From NCBI GenBank assembly GCA_965205015.1, contig OZ242029.1, forward strand, positions 5,536,001 through 5,600,000: 64,000 bases of DNA, written 5' to 3'. Position numbers and translations under genes: made by a program. The DNA is from Candidatus Poribacteria bacterium (GTDB lineage: Bacteria > Poribacteria > WGA-4E > WGA-3G). Positions 17,174 through 25,664 of the stretch are shown piece after piece. Under the pieces are notes generated by a model that saw only the letters and a list, made by a program, of their open reading frames with translations, ran no database searches and was not told the DNA's origin. Numbering within the stretch: the stretch's first letter is position 1; each line of letters starts with the position of its first letter.

Positions 17174-17948
17174 GGGGTTGGCTGCTAAATTACTCGACAT
17201 TTTCATTATCGCGAACCTCGCCTTTTTGGCACTTGACGTGTTCATTGCTCACGCCATAAACGCATTTGACCACTCCGCGGAATGGATCCCCTTCTACTTC
17301 TCATTAGGTGCGCCCGGACTCCTTGCATTCACTGTATTTACGAAAAAGAAACGGTGGCAACACTGGTGCAGGATCAGCGTTGGAGGGTGCTCTATTTGCA
17401 TCGGGGTTGCCGGAATGCTCTTTCATCTCAGCAGTCATTTTTTTTCCGACATGACCCTTAAAAACCTCGTTTATACAGCCCCTTTTGTAGCCCCGCTCGC
17501 TTTTACAGGGATAGGACTCCTTTTAATCATGAATAGTATGATCCACGATGGAAATTTAGAATGGGCACACTGGGTTGTATTTATGGCAGGATGCGGATGG
17601 TGCGGAAATTTCATCCTCTCCGTTTTCGATCATGCGCAAAACGGGTTCTTCAATCCAGCAGAGTGGTTACCCGTTTTCACAAGTGCCGTTGCTATTGGAT
17701 GTTTAACAACACTTTTTTTCGTCCCTCACCACCTCTTTTTCTTTAAATTCTGCGGCGTTGTATTAGGGATTAATTTCATCGTCGGGGTCGCTGGGTTCTT
17801 CTTTCACTTCGTAGCAGATTTGCAGGTGCCAGCGGTGGAGCGAATAGACAGATTCCTCTATGGAGCCCCTCTATTCGCTCCACTCCTGTTTCCAAACCTC
17901 TCGCTGCTCGCCACATTGGGTATTTGGAAATGGTCCAGCAGAAATTGA
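17160..17948 (+). CDS. Polytopic membrane protein with two-fold internal repeat, probable partner of the octaheme cytochrome
   Basis: ATG 17160 overlaps the cytochrome end; repeats HA.NxF...AEW.P / GVAG..FH / Y.AP..APL.F occur twice. Confidence 0.75.
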   Translation: MKNRKGLAAKLLDIFIIANLAFLALDVFIAHAINAFDHSAEWIPFYFSLGAPGLLAFTVFTKKKRWQHWCRISVGGCSICIGVAGMLFHLSSHFFSDMTLKNLVYTAPFVAPLAFTGIGLLLIMNSMIHDGNLEWAHWVVFMAGCGWCGNFILSVFDHAQNGFFNPAEWLPVFTSAVAIGCLTTLFFVPHHLFFFKFCGVVLGINFIVGVAGFFFHFVADLQVPAVERIDRFLYGAPLFAPLLFPNLSLLATLGIWKWSSRN

Positions 17949-17955
17949 GGAGTTG

Positions 17956-18708
17956 CTATCTGAGTCCTCCCTTGAGTTTACCCCATGTTGTGGTGAGTTT
18001 TCCACGCGCTTCCACATCTTGCGGAGTTTCCATGACTTTTTGGATGTCGTCTTCACTCAGGGTTTTCTCATAGAGTCGGACTTCATCAATTTTACCGGGG
18101 AAGTGGTCGGTGGCGTTGCCGAGATCATCGCCGCCAATCCAGAGATCTAAACCGGAGGGCGCGATTGGGACATCATTCGCAGCGTCGCCTTCAAGTTCGC
18201 CGTTTATGTAGACCTTCATTGTCTTTCCATCAAATGTCCCTGCGAAGTGATACCATTCGCCGACTTTCCAATCCGTTGTTGTGGATTGCGCGAAGGTATT
18301 GTTCGGTTTGACGAGAAAGTCGATGCTGTCTTTGTTGCCGAAGTCGAAGATGACGAAGATGGAGTTATTTTTACTCATTAAGCGGTGACCGGTGAGTGCG
18401 TCGTTTGGACTGAACCACGCCATGAGGGTAATATTTTCCTCGATTGCGAAGTCGGGATCGTCTGCGACGATGACATGGTCGTCGACACCGTTAAATTCGA
18501 GGGCGGTCCCGAACTTTCCCTCCACCCATTTCGGCTTACCGTGAAATTCTCCATCGTGTCCGTTGCCGGTGATGTCTATGGCTTCTTTACCCTTGCCCTC
18601 GTCAAAGGGCCAGTAAGCGACGAGTCCGTCTTCTGCTACGTTGGCGACACTAAAGTTGGCAATCATTAAAAGCAAACAGAGCGACAATACAAAGGTAACT
18701 TTAGGCAT
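17956..18708 (-). CDS. Secreted LamG domain protein with C-terminal TTW tail
   Basis: Signal peptide; YWPFDEG.G, GKFGTALEF, WYHFAGTFDG, GKIDEV; ends VEARGKLTTTWGKLK. Confidence 0.9.
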   Translation of the reverse strand: MPKVTFVLSLCLLLMIANFSVANVAEDGLVAYWPFDEGKGKEAIDITGNGHDGEFHGKPKWVEGKFGTALEFNGVDDHVIVADDPDFAIEENITLMAWFSPNDALTGHRLMSKNNSIFVIFDFGNKDSIDFLVKPNNTFAQSTTTDWKVGEWYHFAGTFDGKTMKVYINGELEGDAANDVPIAPSGLDLWIGGDDLGNATDHFPGKIDEVRLYEKTLSEDDIQKVMETPQDVEARGKLTTTWGKLKGGLR

Positions 18709-18917
18709 TGCGATTTCTCCTATGCAAAAGCAGAATTTTAGATTTGTATCCTGGGGAACTTATAGATATTATAACATATTTGTGAAAAGGAAGTGTAGAA
18801 AAAATTAAGATTGGGTAGGAAAATTCGATGGGTGAACGAAACGCGTTAATCGCCTGAATGCGCGTCGCATTTCGGCGAAAAAACACACTTCGCCTCTAAC
18901 ATTTTGCACTTATAGCA

Positions 18918-19616
18918 CTAAGTGCTCTCAAGACGAATATCTTCCATAGCGCTTTTAAGTTGTTCTACTGAGGGAAGCGAGACCTTCGACCGTTTCCGAA
19001 CGATTGCTTTGAATAGATGCTCAAATTCAACGCGCAGGAAAATAGATGGATCTTTCTGTTTGAACATGCGGCGCAGCCACTTTGGGTTCACCTTTTCATT
19101 AATTTCCGTGAGTATGGATTCAAACTCACCTTCTGTGAGCATATATTCAGATGAAAGCCGTTCGATCTCTTTCTGCAAGATTGCAATCAAACGTTCCAAG
19201 TCGTCCTTAACAAACTTATCCGCGAGAAATTTGGCTGCGGTAGTTCCTCCAATGCCCGCTCCCAATGAGCACACGACTCCTCCGACCAGTCCGCCAATCA
19301 CTGTGCCGACACCGGGAAATACACTCCCAATCGCTGCGCCGCCAATCCACCCAGCGGTGCCTGTTATAACACCAGCAGCGTTAATTGCGGTATTTTTTGC
19401 GAACTGTTGCCACGAAATTGAACGTTTGAAAACGGCTCGGTAGAAATCAGGCGTGCTTGTCACAATTGCTGCGACTGCCGCTGTGATAGCATTCGTGCGA
19501 AGTAGTCTTGATACTTGGTAAATTGCCCGTTGCCGAGCGTCTAATTCCGGTACGCGGCTCGTAATCTCGTGTAGAGGCTGCGATACGTCTTGTTCGTCGT
19601 CAAAGCTGTCATTCAC
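18918..19616 (-). CDS. Hypothetical protein with glycine-zipper membrane segment
   Basis: GWIGGAAIGSVFPGVGTVIGGLVGG motif; GGAGG RBS. Confidence 0.65.
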   Translation of the reverse strand: MNDSFDDEQDVSQPLHEITSRVPELDARQRAIYQVSRLLRTNAITAAVAAIVTSTPDFYRAVFKRSISWQQFAKNTAINAAGVITGTAGWIGGAAIGSVFPGVGTVIGGLVGGVVCSLGAGIGGTTAAKFLADKFVKDDLERLIAILQKEIERLSSEYMLTEGEFESILTEINEKVNPKWLRRMFKQKDPSIFLRVEFEHLFKAIVRKRSKVSLPSVEQLKSAMEDIRLEST

Positions 19617-19825
19617 TTTCTCTTTGCCTCCTCTACTTCAAAGTTTAATAATCACATATTAACATATTCCACAGCGAATGTCAAGCCATTTTTCAAGACA
19701 CATGTCGCCCTGCTGAGGCTTTATTTGGTGGGGTACCATGTTACTATAAACATATCGCCCCGCTGGGACCAAAGACCATCACTATAAACACAAAAGTTTC
19801 ACTCAAATACAAGAAGCAGGGGGAC

Positions 19826-20277
19826 AGGATTTACGCAATTTTGATCTTAGCACGCGCTGTCAGATGAGAATCGTGAAAAAATGCAGCCGGTCCCATCGCA
19901 CAACCTAACAGGTTATGCTACAAAAGAGAACCATAGGTGTCAATTTTAGAAAAACCGCTTCATAACATCGTAGGTTGGGTTGAATGGGTTCCATCGAACC
20001 TTCGGAAAGTCAGAAAGAGTGAAGTCCGTCAAGACACACTACATCAAACAGAAACCGAGTGAAACCCAACACTTTTGTTGTGAAGTTTCCATGATTCTGT
20101 CGGTATAAAGTTGGGTTTCGCTGCAGTGTTGAGCGGGTATGACGATAGATTGGATTTCAGGCGTATTTGGACTACCATATTCCGCTTTTAGGTTCCGCTC
20201 AACCCAACCTACGGGACCCGGAAACCCTAAATTGACACCTATGGCTATGCTACAAAAGAGCACCGTGCGTAAATCCT
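19826..20277. mobile_element. Three nested MITE/REPIN-like non-autonomous elements
   Basis: Inverted repeat pairs AGGATTTACGCA (19826/20266), CCATAGGTGTCAATTT (19931/20229, flanked by direct repeat TATGCTACAAAAGAG) and CGTAGGTTGGGTTGA (19969/20199). Confidence 0.75.
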
Positions 20278-20285
20278 ATGGGATA

Positions 20286-20420
20286 TTAAACCGCACATTC
20301 AATCGACCAATGCCGATCTGTGCTTTGGACGACAACGGCACCCGGCATGTCCATCTGTGTCAGCATCTCACTGACTTCGGTAATAGTGAACGCGGCGAGG
20401 AAGGAATTCATAATAGAACT
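20286..20420 (-). pseudogene. Diverged duplicate of the 3' end of the methyltransferase at 21339..21992
   Basis: About 120-135 bp direct repeat of 21339-21473 (offset 1053), including the stop codon. Confidence 0.85.
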
Positions 20421-20462
20421 TCTAACGAAACTTGGTGAGGCTGACAATCAAACGGCTTTTTA

Positions 20463-20669
20463 TCATGCCACGTGGTTAGAAGTCCGTGCAATTTTGAGAA
20501 TTAACCCACCTTTTTTGTCCTTTACAAAGTTCCCATTTTCGTCAGTTAAAAAGTCTTGACGTTTTTTTTCTTCGATGTCTTCAAGTAATGCTTTTGCATC
20601 ATAGTTGAACTTTGCCGCCCATTCTTCTCGAATTTGATGGATTTCCTCAACAAACGGATCTTTCCACAT
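20463..20669 (-). CDS. Small putative antitoxin partner of the PIN protein
   Basis: MWKDPFVEEIHQIREEWAAKFNYD is typical of small genes downstream of IYIETS-type PIN genes; starts 1 nt after the PIN gene. Confidence 0.7.
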   Translation of the reverse strand: MWKDPFVEEIHQIREEWAAKFNYDAKALLEDIEEKKRQDFLTDENGNFVKDKKGGLILKIARTSNHVA

Positions 20670-20670
20670 A

Positions 20671-21162
20671 CTAAAGATCCTCCATTAGAAGTTGTTGCGG
20701 TGTGCAAAGGATTGGTGGTTGATACCCTGACCTTCTACACACTTGCTGTATCAAGGGAATTTTGTTAATATTGGCGATATGCTTAAAATTCCACGTAGCC
20801 AAATATTGTACGTTATTTATCGCGGCAATCGCTATATGAAAGGAATCAATTCGCGCTTTTAAGGGTAAAGCTCCAGCATTTATCAAATTATCACTAAGAG
20901 AATCCAATGTTTCTTTTGGTGCATCTAACAAAGTCAGTTTTCCTAAGACATCAAGACGCTTTTGAGAAGCCTCTCTATCACCTAAGCTTACTTCTTGTTG
21001 GACAATCGGTGAAGAAACAAGATCAAATTGCTGTTCGGCAAAATTCTCCCACCAATAACGAGTGAAATATTGGCACCCACGAATCCCTTCGTTGCTACTC
21101 GGTCTGGAAGTCAGATAACTAATAACCGAAGTCTCAATATAAATGCGAGGTTTAGATAGCAT
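20671..21162 (-). CDS. PIN-domain (VapC-like) toxin
   Basis: IYIETSVISYL, E, DSFHIAIA, LATWNFKHIAN, ICTP-like end. Confidence 0.88.
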   Translation of the reverse strand: MLSKPRIYIETSVISYLTSRPSSNEGIRGCQYFTRYWWENFAEQQFDLVSSPIVQQEVSLGDREASQKRLDVLGKLTLLDAPKETLDSLSDNLINAGALPLKARIDSFHIAIAAINNVQYLATWNFKHIANINKIPLIQQVCRRSGYQPPILCTPQQLLMEDL

Positions 21163-21338
21163 ACATTTCCTTCTGCCGCTTCAAAGTTTCAACAATCACA
21201 TATTAGCATGTTCCAAAAGGAATGTCAAGTCCTTTTTACGATATACATCTCGCCCCGCTGAGGCTAAAGAACCGAAGGCATCGTATTACTATAAACATAA
21301 CGCCCTTACAGGACTTTGGGTATTCGCAAGGGTAGGAT

Positions 21339-21992
21339 TTAAACAGCGCGCTCAATAGACCAATGCCGATCTGTGCTCTGGACGACAATGGCACCCAGCA
21401 TGTCCATCTGTGTCAGCATCTCGTTGACTTCGGCAAGGGTGAACGCGGCGAGGAAGGAGTCGTAGTAGAGTTTTTGTTGGTAAGGGGTATCATCCGCGGC
21501 ATACTTGTCTACAAAGGCTTGTGCAGCCGCTGGGGTTTCAGGACGGATGAGGTCGCGGATCAGAACTGTCCCTTGCGGACGGGCAACCCTGCCCATCTCT
21601 TTGAGTGCCGACATCGCATCGTGGATGTGATGCACAATGCTGTTGGAGATGAGTCCATCAAAGGTGTTGTCGGGGTAGGGGAGGGTTTTGGCATCGATGC
21701 ATTCGAGGGTTATCCGATCGGTGAGACCGGCATCTGCGATGTGATGTTTCGCTATCTTTAGCATTTCTTCGGACAGGTCAAGGGCGGTGATGTGGATATC
21801 TGGACAACGTTGGGCGAGGAGGATCGGAATCTGTGCGGGACCGGTGCCGACATCGAGAAAATGCCCAGTGCTCGCACCGAGTGCGACAACGCGGTCTACA
21901 AAAGCCTGATCAACCTCACCGTGCTCCATCGCATCGTAGGCTTCGGCGGCTTCCGCTGTATCCATGACTTCTGGTTCTACAATTCGTTTCAT
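21339..21992 (-). CDS. Class I SAM-dependent methyltransferase
   Basis: LDVGTGPA, LDLSEEML, DAKTLPYPDNTFD, SNSIVHH. Confidence 0.9.
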   Translation of the reverse strand: MKRIVEPEVMDTAEAAEAYDAMEHGEVDQAFVDRVVALGASTGHFLDVGTGPAQIPILLAQRCPDIHITALDLSEEMLKIAKHHIADAGLTDRITLECIDAKTLPYPDNTFDGLISNSIVHHIHDAMSALKEMGRVARPQGTVLIRDLIRPETPAAAQAFVDKYAADDTPYQQKLYYDSFLAAFTLAEVNEMLTQMDMLGAIVVQSTDRHWSIERAV

Positions 21993-22776
21993 TCTCTGAT
22001 TCTCTGATGATTTGAGTGACAGTCAACGCGTTTTGACGAATTTGATCGGGTTGAAATTGCGTGTACATGCCGACCGCCATTGCGTCTGTTGGCTTGATAT
22101 TCTCAAGCGCGAGTTCAAAGGCTTCATGTGGCTCGTTCCGACCCGCGGCTAATACCTTTATGGCGATTATCGGCATCGGTATTGCCTGTATCGTAGCGAA
22201 TGCTGCATATCGATCGTCGGGCAGATAGAGCTCCCTGTGTTTCGTATGATTATACAACGCGCAGACATAAAAGTCAACATCATAACCTTCAGTGTAGCAG
22301 TACTTGAGCACCTGCGGATCATGCGTGCCGAGTCCGACCGCACAACCGAGGTCTCGGATCCGTTTGAGTCCATCGCGTAAGGACCCGAGTTGTCCTTCTG
22401 CATATAACTTATCCGTTGTCCCACCGTGGTGATAGATCGCGATCGGTCTATAGCGAGCGATAATCTGTAGGTAATCGTCAAGGTTGGCGTATTCTGTATC
22501 TTTGGGTGTCTGAGCGATCCACTGAATAGTGCCACCGGTGTTCCAGTACTCGTTGAGCGTCCGCATGATATGCCTATCGGCGCGAGCGAGGACGGTGTTA
22601 ATTCCGCTCTCCTCTGCTTGCCGGAGGTCCGACATAATTCGGTGCGCCGTATAGTAATCCTCCATAGCTTTTGATGCCGCGGCGGAGCGGTGTGAGATGC
22701 CACTATACGGATTACCGCCGATGATAAGTCGTGTGACGCGATGCGATGCGATAGAAATTGTGGGTAGTTTCATCAT
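21916..22776 (-). CDS. Conserved hypothetical protein, aldo/keto-reductase-like TIM barrel
   Basis: VTRLIIGGNP.SG.SH, GLGTH, AIKVLAAGR; 3' end overlaps the methyltransferase start. Confidence 0.65.
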   Translation of the reverse strand: MMKLPTISIASHRVTRLIIGGNPYSGISHRSAAASKAMEDYYTAHRIMSDLRQAEESGINTVLARADRHIMRTLNEYWNTGGTIQWIAQTPKDTEYANLDDYLQIIARYRPIAIYHHGGTTDKLYAEGQLGSLRDGLKRIRDLGCAVGLGTHDPQVLKYCYTEGYDVDFYVCALYNHTKHRELYLPDDRYAAFATIQAIPMPIIAIKVLAAGRNEPHEAFELALENIKPTDAMAVGMYTQFQPDQIRQNALTVTQIIRESENETNCRTRSHGYSGSRRSLRCDGAR

Positions 22777-22777
22777 G

Positions 22778-23263
22778 TTATCTTGTGATTCCAAGCTCCT
22801 CTGGAGAAAAGTGAGGAATCCGGGAACCCGCACTGGGGTTCAGATCCCTTTCTGCGGAAATTTTGTAAATTGCACCCTTTGTGTCTGTATGAAACATAAG
22901 TTGATACATTTCAACTGTTGTCTCCGGAGCCTGTGCTATGCGCTGTCCCATGTTAACTGATTGTCTGCTGGAAATGATTTCGTGGTGTGCCAGCTGTAGA
23001 AAGGTCACCGATGGGATCTGATAGATGTAAATTTTTGAACCTGTGTCGGTGTTACTGATTCCATGGGGTGTTCCCCATTCCCGAATCGCCTTTGAAATGT
23101 GCCTTCCGTGCCACACTTCCAGAAGTTGCTGTATTTCTGCCCGCTGTATTTCTTTCTCTGGTGAGGGTTCGGGGGCATTCATCAAATACTTCGATGCCGT
23201 ACACCCTGCCAGTAAAACGCTTGCGATAAACGCTAAGTATAAAGGGAACGCAAATCTGTTCAT
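22778..23263 (-). CDS. Hypothetical lipoprotein
   Basis: Lipobox LAGC; W.G......I..WG.P SmpA/OmlA-like pattern. Confidence 0.65.
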   Translation of the reverse strand: MNRFAFPLYLAFIASVLLAGCTASKYLMNAPEPSPEKEIQRAEIQQLLEVWHGRHISKAIREWGTPHGISNTDTGSKIYIYQIPSVTFLQLAHHEIISSRQSVNMGQRIAQAPETTVEMYQLMFHTDTKGAIYKISAERDLNPSAGSRIPHFSPEELGITR

Positions 23264-24240
23264 TTTCGATCCTCACTTTTGACGTCACCCCATGTGGTCG
23301 TGAGTAACTGCGGTTGCGGTGAAACCGGTAAAGCCGATGGGTCAAACCAATCGCCTACATAATTGCTGCCATCGTGCGTAAGTTGCGTGATGGCACGCGT
23401 CACCACATTGATTTTGTAAATCTGAGATGCCTCCCCAACCCATTGGGAATAGACAAGTTCATCACCAGACGGCGACCAAGCGACCACTTTTCCTCCCATG
23501 AGAAAAACCCCGTTAACAATCCGTTGAAGTCCACTACCACCGCGGTTGGCGATAAATATCGACAGCTGCGGCGGTTCTCGTCTATACAAGGCAAAGGCGA
23601 TTTTGTTGTGAACAGGCGACCACGCCGGTTGCCACCTTCGCGCGTTATCATCCGGCAGAAGGGTCTCCTGTTTGCGGGTCTTTAGATTGATAAATCGGAT
23701 TTGGTAACTCGCCCAATGAATCTCCCCATGTACAACATACGCAATTTCCGTTCCATCCGGAGACCAAACGGGCTGTTTACCATCCGCTTTTTCCATTTCA
23801 ACAACGCGATTGACCGACGTTCCATCCGCTCTGGCAGTGTAGATGCTGAAAAATTTAGTATCCTCGTCACGTTGAGAATACGCAATTTTTTTCCCATCCG
23901 GGGACCAGGCAGGATGGTCTCTATATGCAGGATCGGTTCGAAACACGGGTCGCTCACCCCCGCCATCAGCCCGCATCATATAGAGATCACGCTCCCCACT
24001 TCGGTCAGAAACAAAAAGAATCTCCTCCCCCGTCGGCGAGCAGACCGGATAGAAATCGCGTGCGCGGTGATTGGTTAACCTAACCTGTTGACTGCCATCG
24101 GGATTCATCATATAAATTTCATAGTTGCCATTCCGCTTTGATGTAAAGATAATTTTTTCGGTTCTGAGCGGTTTCGCAGAGACAGAACACAGGAGTCCTA
24201 AACCTAAGCAACAGAAAAAGAAAACACGAAGCACTTTCAT
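23260..24240 (-). CDS. TolB-like PD40 beta-propeller protein with C-terminal TTW tail
   Basis: Signal peptide; repeated P.WSPDG; ends VSPQPQLLTTTWGDVK. Confidence 0.88.
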   Translation of the reverse strand: MKVLRVFFFCCLGLGLLCSVSAKPLRTEKIIFTSKRNGNYEIYMMNPDGSQQVRLTNHRARDFYPVCSPTGEEILFVSDRSGERDLYMMRADGGGERPVFRTDPAYRDHPAWSPDGKKIAYSQRDEDTKFFSIYTARADGTSVNRVVEMEKADGKQPVWSPDGTEIAYVVHGEIHWASYQIRFINLKTRKQETLLPDDNARRWQPAWSPVHNKIAFALYRREPPQLSIFIANRGGSGLQRIVNGVFLMGGKVVAWSPSGDELVYSQWVGEASQIYKINVVTRAITQLTHDGSNYVGDWFDPSALPVSPQPQLLTTTWGDVKSEDRK

Positions 24241-24471
24241 AGACAATCCCCTCCTTAACCTTGTCAAGTAAATAGCAATTTCTATGCCAATATAAAACAA
24301 TCAAAAAAACAGGAAATACTACGGATTTAGTGGGTTTGGTATAGGTACAGGCTGCACGAAACGGGGCAAATAGAAAGATACCTGCACGGATTTGTGCAGA
24401 TGTGAAAAATCGGACGGGTTGCCGAGGAACAAGCGTGTTGTGCTGAAAGAATTAGCACATAGCTTGAAACC

Positions 24472-24560
24472 GTAGGGGCGAGGTAACCTCGCCCGTACAG
24501 AAGGTGGGTCTACGGAAAGGCACATCATCACCTAAACCCGCCTGAACGAACCGCAAGGAA
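24472..24560 (+). repeat. GTAG REP-like palindrome plus downstream repeated segment
   Basis: GTAG-GGGCGAGG-TAA-CCTCGCCC, then GCCCGTA...TCTACGG...GAACnAACCGCAAGGA, shared with 37530-37605 on the minus strand. Confidence 0.65.
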
Positions 24561-24563
24561 AAT

Positions 24564-25520
24564 TTAAAAAATGGCGATCGGATTGCCCGGAGACCCCGTC
24601 GCACCTTTGAGACGTAGCGGTGCGAAACAGAAGGCGAATTCATACACCTTCGCTGCCGCTAACTCCTCTGTAATAATGTTCTCAAGGTTGTAAATGCCGT
24701 GTTTGACAATAAACAGCTGATGTACCGGAAACGCAAGGGTTTCATCAGGATTCGGGACGACCTCGATTCCCCAGTTATCGGCACACAACATCACAATCTT
24801 CTGGTCGACGAGGTATTGCCCCGCCTCCAGTCCGATACCGGGTTCTGTGGCCCCGTAACGATCGTTATCCGTCATCCAGAATTTACCCCAACCGGTGTGG
24901 ATAATAACGACATCGCCGGGCGTAATCTGGACGCCTTGCTTTTTCATGGCACCCTCCAGATCAGCACGCGTAATTTCATAACTGTCGCCGAGGTGTTCAA
25001 CGCCTTTATAGCCAGCGACATCAATCAGGACCCCGCGCGTCACGATCGGTCCCACATTCTCAACACCGAGTTCCGTGAGGCCTTCGGCTTTGGCGAAATC
25101 GCGCTGGTTCAACCCGTTGTAGTAGAGGTCGCCGATACCGATGTGACCGAGTCCGTCAAACTGCGTGCCGATCTGACCGATCTCGCCGCTGAAGATCTCC
25201 TCAAACCACGTCGTTTTGTTCTCACCGAGTGGACCCGACATCGCTGGAATCCGTAGGCTATAATGCCGTGTTCCGAAGACGGGGATACCGCTCTCATAGA
25301 CTCTGCCGAGTTGATAGACTTCACCCGTTTTAATTAAACTCGTGGCTTCCAAGACTTTCTCTGGCGTTAATCGGTTAACAGCACCCCGCCGATCATCGGC
25401 ACCCCACTCGGAGGGAAACCATGATTCTTGTGTGAGCGTAACGGTTGCCGTGAGGGCAAGTCCACCAAAGATAAGCCCAAATAGAATAAAAATCTTGTGT
25501 TTTTTCGATTTTTTGAACAT
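24564..25520 (-). CDS. Cyclase (kynurenine formamidase-like) family metal-dependent hydrolase, exported
   Basis: WGADD..G..N, QIGTQFDGLGH, RGVLID, GDVVIIHTGW, PL.LKGATGSP. Confidence 0.88.
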   Translation of the reverse strand: MFKKSKKHKIFILFGLIFGGLALTATVTLTQESWFPSEWGADDRRGAVNRLTPEKVLEATSLIKTGEVYQLGRVYESGIPVFGTRHYSLRIPAMSGPLGENKTTWFEEIFSGEIGQIGTQFDGLGHIGIGDLYYNGLNQRDFAKAEGLTELGVENVGPIVTRGVLIDVAGYKGVEHLGDSYEITRADLEGAMKKQGVQITPGDVVIIHTGWGKFWMTDNDRYGATEPGIGLEAGQYLVDQKIVMLCADNWGIEVVPNPDETLAFPVHQLFIVKHGIYNLENIITEELAAAKVYEFAFCFAPLRLKGATGSPGNPIAIF

Positions 25521-25536
25521 AATTGCCTCCTGAAAT

Positions 25537-25620
25537 AGTCATCAGCAGTCAGTCGCAAGAGGTTAATACCAAACAAAAATCCTCTTAACGGATTACCGAT
25601 CCCTGACCACTGACAGTCAT
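25537..25620. repeat. Heptamer-armed palindromic element
   Basis: 7-mer tandem arms around AAGAGG...CCTCTT; same layout at 38379-38585. Confidence 0.55.
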
Positions 25621-25664
25621 TAACAAACAGATACAGACCCTGCATACAAATGACGAGGGTGCCC

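Noticed and set aside
19698-21315. Possible CRISPR array from recurring CGCCCCGCTG repeats
   Set aside because: Copies are degenerate, irregularly spaced and dispersed, with no constant repeat-spacer period and no cas genes.
21916-21992. Programmed frameshift or fusion between the TIM-barrel gene and the methyltransferase
   Set aside because: The 77-nt overlap is more simply a lost stop codon or small indel; no slippery sequence with a downstream structure is evident.
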